DNA of 32,000 nt from an uncultured Chloroflexia bacterium (GTDB lineage: Bacteria > Chloroflexota > Ktedonobacteria > Ktedonobacterales > JADMIN01), in the NCBI GenBank assembly GCA_963718915.1, contig CAVRAI010000013.1, positions 150,001 to 182,000 of the forward strand. The letters run 5' to 3'. The first letter of the stretch is position 1. Each line of letters opens with the position of its first letter. The notes beneath the pieces were generated by a model that saw nothing but the letters and a program-made list of their open reading frames with translations, did no database searches and was not told where the DNA came from. Below, piece after piece: positions 16,218 to 23,182 of this stretch. The position numbers and the translations under genes are program-made.

Positions 16218-17210
16218 ATGGAGAATCCCCAACTCGTCGTCAGCAACTTTACCTTCGCGCCAGACGATCAGCGGCGGATGGAGGAGGCGCTCGGCGCGGG
16301 TGCGTTGCTGCTGGTTCGTGGCGGACGTGACGCGCTACGCGAGGCGCTGGTGGCGCACCCCAAGGCCGATGTCGTCGCCAGCTTCTTCCCGCCCGCCGAC
16401 CTGCTCGCGCTAGCGCCCCATCTCAGGTGGATCGCGCTGCCCAGCGCGGGTGCGGACCATGCGATCCGGGCGGGCACCGTGCAGCCGGGCGGGCCGGTGG
16501 TAACCACCGCCAGCGGCATCCACGCGGCGCCCATCGGGGAGTTTGTGCTCTCGCTGATGCTGATGTGGGTGCGCCACTGGCCTCAGATCATCGACTATCA
16601 GCGCGACGCGACCTGGCCCGATGCGGCGGGACGCGAGCAGCTACACGGGCGCGAGCTGGACGGCGCGACGCTTGGCGTCATCGGTCTGGGCGCGATTGGG
16701 CGGCGCATCGCCCGGCTGGGTCACGCCTTCGGCATGCATATCGTCGCCACGCGGCGCAGCGCCAGCGCGGGGGCGAGCGACCCCGACGCCGATCTGCTGA
16801 TCCCGCCGGAGCGGCTGGGCGACCTGCTCGCAGCATCGGACTTTGTCGTCGTGAGTGTGCCTGCGACACAGCAGACGCGGCATCTGCTCGGCGCGAACGA
16901 GCTACGCATGATGCGGCGCGATGCCTTTCTGATCAACATCTCGCGGGGCAGCGCGATTGATGAGGCGGCGCTGATCGCAGCCCTGACGAATGGCATCATC
17001 GGCGGCGCAGGGCTGGATGTCTTCGAGACGGAGCCGCTGCCTGCCGAGAGTCCGCTCTGGCGGCTGCCCAACGTGATTCTCTCACCCCATGTGGCGGGCA
17101 ACACCGACCAGTACAGCCGCCGCTTCACCGACCTCTTCCTGGAGAATCTGGCGCGGTACCGTGCGGGCGAGCCACTACGCAACGTGGTGGATCTGGCACG
17201 GGGATATTAG
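16218..17210 (+). CDS. D-isomer-specific 2-hydroxyacid dehydrogenase family, NAD-binding (glyoxylate/hydroxypyruvate reductase or PGDH-like)
   Basis: Rossmann motif GVIGLGAIGRRIARLG. Catalytic region FLINISRGSAIDEAALIAAL ... GAGLDVFETEPLP ... ILSPHVAGNT (Arg/Glu/His triad context). The start is set at ATG 16218 (MENPQLVV), with GGAG 6 nt upstream. Confidence 0.9.
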   Translation: MENPQLVVSNFTFAPDDQRRMEEALGAGALLLVRGGRDALREALVAHPKADVVASFFPPADLLALAPHLRWIALPSAGADHAIRAGTVQPGGPVVTTASGIHAAPIGEFVLSLMLMWVRHWPQIIDYQRDATWPDAAGREQLHGRELDGATLGVIGLGAIGRRIARLGHAFGMHIVATRRSASAGASDPDADLLIPPERLGDLLAASDFVVVSVPATQQTRHLLGANELRMMRRDAFLINISRGSAIDEAALIAALTNGIIGGAGLDVFETEPLPAESPLWRLPNVILSPHVAGNTDQYSRRFTDLFLENLARYRAGEPLRNVVDLARGY

Positions 17211-17218
17211 GCGGCCGG

Positions 17219-17255
17219 ACCTCTCCCCCTACCCCCTCCCCGACACGGGGAGGGG
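17219..17255 (-). repeat. REP-like G/C hairpin element, copy 1
   Basis: ACCTCTCCCCCTACCCCCTCCCCGACACGGGGAGGGG has a 10-bp stem CCCCTCCCCG/CGGGGAGGGG with a 3-nt loop. The tail on the minus strand, GGGGGTAGGGGGAGAGGT, is shared with 25755-25777. Confidence 0.8.
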
Positions 17256-17296
17256 CCGCAAACGAACGTACATGCCGGTGGCGTGCGGTGCTTTGC

Positions 17297-18648
17297 CTAC
17301 CCTCGCCGCCGGGTGAGATACAGCTCGACCCAGGCGTCGGTGGCGCGCGAACGGCCCAGCGCGGTATGCAGCACGTAACGGGTGGCGTCTAGCGCATGGT
17401 CGTACTGCTTCAAGGGCAGCTCGGAGACCTCAGCCCCGGACCTCACCCCCAGCCCCTCTCCCGCGAGGAGAGGGGAGCCAGATGTCGTACTCACGTCAGG
17501 GGGATACTGGTACATGCCATATTCGGCGATGGTGTGGACGCAGCGCGGGGCGACGTAGAGGCCGCGTGTGCCGTCACTGCGGCGGCCCAACAGGCGGGTG
17601 ATGGTCTGGATGCCGGGACGCACCGCGTCCTCGGCGGGCAGGGCGCGAGATGGATAAGCCCAGCGCGGACAAGCGCGGTTTGCAGCGCGGCGATGTGCTC
17701 TGGCTCGTCGGGGCCGCAGTACCACGTCTCGACACCATAGCGCTGCGTCAGGTCCACCAATGCGGGCAGGACGACGGCATCGAGCGGGGCGCGCCGTTCG
17801 TACCACTCGTCGAGTTGCCAGGCGCGGTCGTCGCCATCGAGGCCGAAGATGCAGGCGGCGGTGGGGTTGGTGTAGCCCCAGTCCACCCCGCCGATGACGC
17901 GGGCATAGCGCTTCCCATCATCAGCCTCACGGATATGGCCATCGGTGGCGTCGGTGGCGAAGGCGTAGACCAGCCCCTCGAAGGCGGTGAAGAGGCCGAG
18001 CACCTCCTGGTCGTAGAGCGCGCCCGATAAGCCGAGGTCTTCGATGTAGTCGCCGGGCAGATGGGCGGCGTTGGCGCTGGTGGCGGCGCGGTAGAGCGCG
18101 TGGCTGGGCCGCGGATGCAGCTCGAAGTCGCGGGCGAAGCCGTCGCGGCCCTTGGGCGTGCCGGTGGCCCAGCCTGCCGTCTCGTAGCCTTGTTGCCGCA
18201 GTCGCGCCTTGAGCATCTGCCAGGCGTAGTAGCCACAAAGCGGCGCCTCATCCAGCCAGAACCAGGCGAGGTTGAGGCCGCGCACGCGGTCGGGTTGGTC
18301 GAGCGAGCGGAAGAGGATCTCGCTGCCGTTCTCCAGCCGCAGATGCCCTTCGACCTTGTGAAAGGTGTACTTCATCTCTTCAGGCAGCAGTGAGAAGAAG
18401 GTGCGCTGGGTGGCGTCGCGCAGCATCGGGTAGGTGGGCGCGCCGATGAGGCCGAGCGAGCCGGGCTGGTCAAGGGCGTAGGCGAGGGCGCGCAGGGCGC
18501 CAGCGGTGGTCTTGCCCGCGCCAACGCCACCGACGTAGAAGCTGAACCGCGCCTCGCTCGCCAGGAACGCCTGCTGCGCCGGGTTGAGCGTCCAGTCGGC
18601 GAGGATGGCGGCGGAGGTGCATAAAGGCTCGGATGTATTCTTTGGCAT
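17297..18648 (-). pseudogene. terL: Phage terminase large subunit, disrupted by a frameshift near 17640-17700 and carrying a REP-like insert
   Basis: The N-terminal ATPase has Walker A FYVGGVGAGKTT (about 18508-18534) and Walker B-like LAWFWLDEA. The nuclease-domain continuation (YPSRALPAEDAVRPGIQTI ... KQYDHALDATRYVLH) is in a different frame (ORF 17297-17806). The start at 18648 has a GGAG Shine-Dalgarno. Confidence 0.8.
17438..17482 (-). repeat. REP-like G/C hairpin element, copy 2 (inside the terL 3' fragment, in-frame)
   Basis: GGACCTCACCCCCAGCCCCTCTCCCGCGAGGAGAGGGGAGCCAGA has a 9-bp stem CCCCTCTCC/GGAGAGGGG. It is translated within the terL frame as SGSPLLAGEGLGVRS. Confidence 0.8.
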
Positions 18649-18705
18649 ACGGACTGTCTCCTCTAAGAGTAAGGTCTATAACAGCGGGTGAAGGCCGCGC
18701 GCTCG

Positions 18706-18714
18706 TGCTACAAT
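18706..18714 (+). promoter_or_regulatory. Candidate extended -10 promoter element (TGcTACAAT) upstream of the TIR-TPR gene
   Basis: TGCTACAAT lies 62 nt upstream of ATG 18776, and GGAGG precedes that ATG. There is no convincing -35. Confidence 0.3.
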
Positions 18715-18775
18715 GAACCAGCAAGCGGTATCGTCCGCTAACCAGCAGACGGACGCGCGAGGAGGGATGGGCATA

Positions 18776-19869
18776 TGGCAGAACAGTTGCGCGTCTTCGT
18801 CAGCCATAGCCACCAGGACAACGCCTTCTGCCAGCAGATCGTGCAGGCGCTGCGCGACGCGGGCGCGGATGTCTGGTATGACGAGCACAACCTGCGGCTG
18901 GGGCGTAGCTCACGAGATGATTCAGCGTGAGTTGGGCGCCGCCCGGTCTTTGTGTTGATTCTCTCGCAAGGCCGTCGTTGGCCTCGCAATGGGTGAAGCG
19001 CGAGACGGCTGGGCCTACGAGCTCTACGGCCGCGAACCGACGCGGCTGATGGTCTTTGTGACAGCCGGGCAGATTGAGCGCGCCGACTTCGGCACGGAGA
19101 CAGGCTGGCTGCTTCTTGCAGGACTTCAAGCGTATCGAGGCCCCGGCTCGCAACCTTATCCGCCTGCATGAGGCGGCTCGCCGTCTGCGTGCTGCACCTT
19201 GGCCTGACTCCGCTGGCGAGACGCCCGCCCCCGTCGCGCCGCAGCCGACGCGAGACTGTGGACGACCTGCTGACGCGCGGCAAGGCGCTGATGGCACAGA
19301 AGAAGTATGCCGAGGCGCTGCCGCTATTCGAGCGCGCTACCCAACTCGCTCCTGGTCGTTCGACGCTTGGGTGCCATCAGTCTCGCTTACGACGAATCGT
19401 GGACGCTATGAGGAGGCGCTGACTGTTATGAAGCGAGTCGGCGGCTATCGACCCGACCGACGCCAGACTTGGTTTAGCCTTGGCGCAGTGCTGCCTTACG
19501 CAATGGCGCTACGGACTCGCCCTGGCCGCCGATGAGCGTGCGCTGGCACTCGACCCGAACAATGCCAGAACCTGGTTCAACAAGGGCGCCGCGCTGCGCA
19601 AACTGCTGCGTTTCAAGGAGGCGTCGCTGCCTCCGACCAGGCGATGGCGCTGCCCCGAACGACGCTGAGGCTTGGTCAACAAGGGCATACGCTCGTCGAC
19701 TGAGGCGTCTTGCCGAGGCGCTGGTCGCCTATGAGAGAGGCGCTGGCCCTTGTCCCTGACTACGCTATGGCCTGGCATAACAAGGCAATCACATTGCGCA
19801 ATCGTTGGGCGGACGGCCGAGGCGGAGGCGGCGGAGCAGCACGCGGACGAGTTGCGCGCGAAGGGATAG
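18776..19869 (+). pseudogene. TIR-domain + tetratricopeptide-repeat protein, multiply frameshifted
   Basis: Frame A begins MAEQLRVFVSHSHQDNAFCQQIVQALRDAGADVWYDEHNL, a TIR_2-type start. Recognisable continuation pieces are scattered over all three plus frames:
- HEMIQRELGAAR
- PVFVLILSQ
- ASQWVKRE
- WAYELYGREPTRL
- TPR units: GKALMAQKKYAEALPLFERATQLAP, GRYEEALTV, ALALDPNNARTWFNKGAALRKLLRFKEA, APNDAEAW, ALALVPDYAMAWHNKAITL
The reading ends at TAG 19867-19869. Confidence 0.7.
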
Positions 19870-19877
19870 CGCCGCGC

Positions 19878-22334
19878 TCATGGCTGTGCCCCCTGCCCAT
19901 CTTGTCCCGCGTCGCCTCCTGGCTCACTTGGCTCGTCCTCTCCCTCAGGTTTTGGCTGGAAGCACTCCACGCAGAGCAGCCGCCCCTGCGCGTTGCGGAA
20001 CGTGGCATAAACATGCGCCCCGCCGGTGAACCGACACACCGACGAAGAAGACGCGGATGGAGATGATGGAGATGGCCGTGTGTGTACGGAGAGGGGAGCG
20101 CCATGCTCGCCAAGAAGCTCATTGGATGCCAAGTTGCTCATATTCCCAGCATGAGCTTCTTGGGCAGGATGAGCTTCTTGGGGCGGCAGATACCAGAGCC
20201 AGCTGCCCGCGTAACTCGCCTTCTTTGAGAGGATGTCGCAACGAGCGCGCGCCCGTCTCAACGTTGCTAGGCTCACCCCATGCTCTTGCGCATAGGCCTG
20301 GACGGCTGGCTCGGGCTGCGGGCCATCGGCCAGGAATGCCCTCAGCAGTTCCGCCGCGCGTGTCAGCGCTGGCTCTGTGGGAGCCGACACTTCCTCCTGA
20401 AGCAGCGCCCGCGCATCATACGGACTCTCGCCCTCCCAAGCAATGATGGGCGCGCCACTGGGTGACCCGACCACCCGATATGCCAGGGACGTTGGCGACA
20501 TGCCAAGGTTGTTCTTGGTGCTGGCGACTACCCGCCGCTCCGGGTTGTCAGGGTCGCACCCTACCAGCAGCCCCGACCGCGCCGCCCCGATGATGCCAAT
20601 GGAGCCGCCGCCCCGATAGAGCGCATGTCCACCCCCACCTTTATTGAGATGGCGAATAAGAAAGAAGGCGGCGCCAGTGCGCTCCGCCAGCCGGGCCAGC
20701 GGGGCCAGTACCCCACGCACATCCTGATCGCGGAAGGAATTGGTCTGGCTGTCCAGATATGCCATGAAGGGATCGAAGATGACCAGTTTGGCCTCCACCC
20801 GTTCGATGGCCCGCTCGATGAGCGTCAGGTCGCGGAAGCTGGGCTGGTGCTCGATGGGCGCGCCGTCCAGTGGGGTGAGTCTCACCGTCGTCACCACGAG
20901 GAGCCGGTCCGGGTCGCCGCCCGCCGCATCCAGCCGTGGGCGCAGCGTATCGGCGGGGTCGTCCTCGGCGGTGAAGTAAACCACGCCCGCCGGGCCGATA
21001 CCGGGGCTGCCGTCTGGCATCTCGTGTCCCGCGGTGATGCGCGCCGCCAGGTCGAGCGCGAGCAGCGTCTTGCCGTGCCCAGGGTCGCCGTCACAGATGG
21101 TCAGCTTGCCTTGATAGAGCCGCCCGCCCCAGATGGGACGCACCGGTGTCGGCGTTACCTCGGCCAGAAGTTGCCCAATCTGCTCGATCCGCCCAAGAGG
21201 CTCATCGTGCGCCAAGAAGCTCATGCTGTGGATATGAGCCTCTTGGTGAGCTTCTTGGACGTAGGCGCTGCCAAGTCCCCCCGACCTGCCCGAACTATCC
21301 TCAGACCGGCCCAGACCCAGCCAGACGACCAGCCGTGAGACAATGCGCACCCCATCAGCGCCATGACCCGAGAGTCGCGCCGCCAGGGACTTCCCACCCG
21401 TCACCGGGCTCCCCTCGGCCAGCTTGCGCGCCGTGCCACGCGCCTTCGCGCGCTGCTGCCACTCCTCATCGCCCGCGATCCGCGCCACCAGTCGAGTAAA
21501 GTGGTCCACCTCCTCCTCAGCCCAGCCGCCGCGCACGAGCAGCCCGGCGAGGTCTTTGGCCGCCTCATCGCGCTGGCCTTCGTCCGGCCAGTGCCGCGCC
21601 ACGAGCGCCACCGCCGCCACCCGCGCCACCGCCGCCCGCAACTCGCGCGCAGGCGCCACGCTCGGCTCGCCCTGGGTGCTGCTGATGCTGCCACGTTCCC
21701 AGCGCACCACCTCCCCGCTCGGATGCACCGAGGGCGGCACGACCGTCTGCCCGCCAGTTGACCGCAGCTCGATGAGCATGGTGGTGTGGTGGGCGGACCC
21801 CTCCCGGCGCTGCGCGCCACCCTCCCCGACACGGGGAGGGGAGCCAGAGCCGCCCATCCGCGCGAACGGTTCGGACATATCTGGTAGCCCCTCTCCCCGT
21901 GGGGGAGGGGTTGGGGAGGGGTCCGCGTACTTCGTCGTCGCGGGAAGCTCACCGACCACCCGATACCAGTAGTGGCTGGCCGGATTGCTCGCCCGTCCTG
22001 AGATCATCCCCGTCGGCGGCAGCAGCTGCTCCGCCGCTTCCCGTGCCTCGGGCGCGTCGCAGTCCACATCCACCAGCCCACCGCTCGGCTCCCCCAGCAG
22101 CACCCCGATGTTGTGATGCAATCCCCCGCCACCGCGCCCGCCAATCGGCCCGAACCATTTGGGCAGCTCGTCTTCGTCCAGGCGCATCGCCTGCCAGCCG
22201 GTCAGCGCCACCCCCTTCTGCCCCGGAATCACCGGCACCACCCGCCAGCCACGCCGGGTATAGTCTCGCGCCGCCGCCAACGCGACGTTCTCCGGCTCCT
22301 TCTGCTGCTCGTGCGCATCATGAGAGGCCGTCAT
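19878..22334 (-). CDS. Bifunctional PrimPol-type primase/polymerase + RepA/AAA_25-type helicase, with C-terminal wHTH-like and Cys-rich tail
   Basis: - The N-terminus DYTRRGWRVVPVIPGQKG..., LVDVDCD and VVPPSVHPSGE are PrimPol motifs.
- The central LTICDGDPGHGKTLLALDLAA (Walker A, about 21067-21090), LVIFDPFMAYL (Walker B) and FFLIRHLNK are AAA_25/RepA-like.
- The start at ATG 22334 has a perfect AGGAGG 6 nt upstream.
- The reading frame stays open despite the internal repeat insertions. Confidence 0.85.
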   Translation of the reverse strand: MTASHDAHEQQKEPENVALAAARDYTRRGWRVVPVIPGQKGVALTGWQAMRLDEDELPKWFGPIGGRGGGGLHHNIGVLLGEPSGGLVDVDCDAPEAREAAEQLLPPTGMISGRASNPASHYWYRVVGELPATTKYADPSPTPPPRGEGLPDMSEPFARMGGSGSPPRVGEGGAQRREGSAHHTTMLIELRSTGGQTVVPPSVHPSGEVVRWERGSISSTQGEPSVAPARELRAAVARVAAVALVARHWPDEGQRDEAAKDLAGLLVRGGWAEEEVDHFTRLVARIAGDEEWQQRAKARGTARKLAEGSPVTGGKSLAARLSGHGADGVRIVSRLVVWLGLGRSEDSSGRSGGLGSAYVQEAHQEAHIHSMSFLAHDEPLGRIEQIGQLLAEVTPTPVRPIWGGRLYQGKLTICDGDPGHGKTLLALDLAARITAGHEMPDGSPGIGPAGVVYFTAEDDPADTLRPRLDAAGGDPDRLLVVTTVRLTPLDGAPIEHQPSFRDLTLIERAIERVEAKLVIFDPFMAYLDSQTNSFRDQDVRGVLAPLARLAERTGAAFFLIRHLNKGGGGHALYRGGGSIGIIGAARSGLLVGCDPDNPERRVVASTKNNLGMSPTSLAYRVVGSPSGAPIIAWEGESPYDARALLQEEVSAPTEPALTRAAELLRAFLADGPQPEPAVQAYAQEHGVSLATLRRARARCDILSKKASYAGSWLWYLPPQEAHPAQEAHAGNMSNLASNELLGEHGAPLSVHTRPSPSSPSASSSSVCRFTGGAHVYATFRNAQGRLLCVECFQPKPEGEDEPSEPGGDAGQDGQGAQP
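20110..20181. repeat. 13-mer palindrome cluster A inside the PrimPol-helicase gene (2 direct + 2 inverted copies)
   Basis: CCAAGAAGCTCAT (20110-20122), CCAAGTTGCTCAT (20129-20141), ATGAGCTTCTTGG (20151-20163), ATGAGCTTCTTGG (20169-20181). Confidence 0.85.
21194..21259. repeat. 13-mer palindrome cluster B inside the PrimPol-helicase gene (same motif and same arrangement)
   Basis: CCAAGAGGCTCAT (21194-21206), CCAAGAAGCTCAT (21213-21225), ATGAGCCTCTTGG (21235-21247), TGAGCTTCTTGG (21248-21259). Confidence 0.85.
21817..21851 (-). repeat. REP-like G/C hairpin element, copy 3a (inside the PrimPol domain, in-frame)
   Basis: CCACCCTCCCCGACACGGGGAGGGGAGCCAGAGCC has the stem CCCTCCCCG/CGGGGAGGG. It is translated in the gene frame as GSGSPPRVGEGG. 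Confidence 0.75.
21884..21927 (+). repeat. REP-like G/C hairpin element, copy 3b (inside the PrimPol domain, in-frame, opposite orientation to 3a)
   Basis: GTAGCCCCTCTCCCCGTGGGGGAGGGGTTGGGGAGGGGTCCGCG. It is translated in the gene frame as DPSPTPPPRGEGLP. Confidence 0.75.
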
Positions 22335-22758
22335 CGTCCGCCTCCTGGTTCCCCTGGCTCTCTTCCTTGTCCATCGCGCCATCCGTCGCCTGCGCCTGGG
22401 AGACGGCGCGATCCCATGCGACGAAGCGCAGCAGACGTTGCACGCTCAGCACCGGGATCTGCATCTTCCAGAACGTCTCCGTGAGGCCGAAGCTCGTGTA
22501 CCGTGTGATTGGCCGCCCGTCACGCCGCAGATGCTCTGGGTCAGATACCATCTTCGGCTCCGGCCCCCACGCCACCGGGTTCTGGCACGCCTGGTAGGTG
22601 TCTAGCGCCAGCCCCGTTGCCACGCGCACGACCTCCTGGCCCGCCTCGGTCAACTCCTGGCGCATCTTTACCCGCAGCGCCTCCGCGCCCATCCGCCGCG
22701 CCTGTTCCGCCCACTCCGCCCATTCGTCCCACTGCCACGGCTCCCCGTCCCTGTCCAT
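22318..22758 (-). CDS. Hypothetical island protein (146 aa), first gene of the PrimPol-helicase operon
   Basis: ATG 22758 is preceded by AAGGAG at 6-nt spacing. The protein MDRDGEPWQWDEWAEWAEQARRMG... has an acidic/Trp-rich N-terminus and no family I recognise. Its stop overlaps the PrimPol start by 17 nt. The ORF-track 5' extension is made of REP sequence. Confidence 0.55.
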   Translation of the reverse strand: MDRDGEPWQWDEWAEWAEQARRMGAEALRVKMRQELTEAGQEVVRVATGLALDTYQACQNPVAWGPEPKMVSDPEHLRRDGRPITRYTSFGLTETFWKMQIPVLSVQRLLRFVAWDRAVSQAQATDGAMDKEESQGNQEADDDGLS

Positions 22759-22800
22759 CTCCGTCTCCTTCACCCCATCCTTCTCCGCACCGCCTGGGAA

Positions 22801-22848
22801 GAACCTCACTCCCAGTCCCTCTCCTCGTAGGAGAGGGGAGCCAGAGCC
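22801..22848 (-). repeat. REP-like G/C hairpin element, copy 4a
   Basis: GAACCTCACTCCCAGTCCCTCTCCTCGTAGGAGAGGGGAGCCAGAGCC. Confidence 0.8.
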
Positions 22849-22876
22849 TTCGCCATCCGGCACGATGGCCGCCTTT

Positions 22877-22925
22877 GCCCTCCCCGCGTCGGGGAGGGTG
22901 GCCGAAGGCCGGGAGGGGGCCGCCC
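22877..22925. repeat. REP-like G/C hairpin element, copy 4b (CCCTCCCCG-CGT-CGGGGAGGG subtype)
   Basis: 9-bp stem at 22878-22886 / 22890-22898. It is followed by the GGCCGAAGGCC mini-hairpin and GGGAGGGGGCC. Confidence 0.7.
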
Positions 22926-22927
22926 AC

Positions 22928-22975
22928 AAAAAACGGCGCCCACTACCCGCGCGAAACGGGATAGCGTGGCGCCGT
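22928..22975 (-). terminator. Rho-independent terminator closing the fad operon
   Basis: The minus strand reads CGGCGCCACGCTATCCCGTTTCGCGCGGGTAGTGGGCGCCG followed by TTTTTT. This is a GC-rich outer stem of about 9 bp, an inner 4-bp stem and a U6 tract. Confidence 0.7.
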
Positions 22976-23182
22976 ATTCGGGCTCACCAGCTCTTCAAGA
23001 CTTCAACGATGCATCAATGCTCAATACATCAATGCGCCTGTGACGCTGAGTGTAGAACGCGCGTTTCAAGTGTGCAAGGACGACAAGTAAGGAAGATCAC
23101 ACCCGCTTTCCCCAACCCGCGCAGGCGGGTTTTGTGGCGGAGCGCAGCGAGGCCCTTCAGGCGCGGTTTTAACCGCCAGCCC

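Larger units (their letters stand above)
17211..22927. mobile_element. Degenerate phage/satellite-like genomic island (terminase + TIR-TPR + PrimPol-helicase), no integrase seen
   Basis: All genes in this block are of mobile-element type and two of them are frameshifted. The block sits between a housekeeping dehydrogenase gene and the terminator of the fad operon, with REP-like hairpins at both edges (17219-17255; 22801-22925). Confidence 0.55.

Noticed and set aside
23115-23134. Plus-strand terminator-like hairpin ACCCGC-GCAG-GCGGGT followed by TTTTG.
   Set aside because: There is no plus-strand gene upstream that it could terminate; the nearest plus-strand gene ends at 19869. It is probably part of the minus-strand fadN 3' UTR structure.
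23129-23173. CRISPR-repeat-like 45-mer GTTTTGTGGCGGAGCGCAGCGAGGCCCTTCAGGCGCGGTTTTAAC just downstream of fadN.
   Set aside because: It is a single copy with no spacer/repeat periodicity anywhere in the window, and there are no cas genes. It is more simply read as 3'-UTR hairpins.
17211-23182. Search for island boundaries (integrase gene, tRNA/tmRNA target, flanking direct repeats or att sites).
   Set aside because: By eye I saw no integrase-like ORF, no tRNA-like sequence (no GGTTCGAATCC-type T-arm) and no shared flank repeat of 10 bp or more. Only REP-like hairpins occur at both edges. The boundaries given are therefore approximate.
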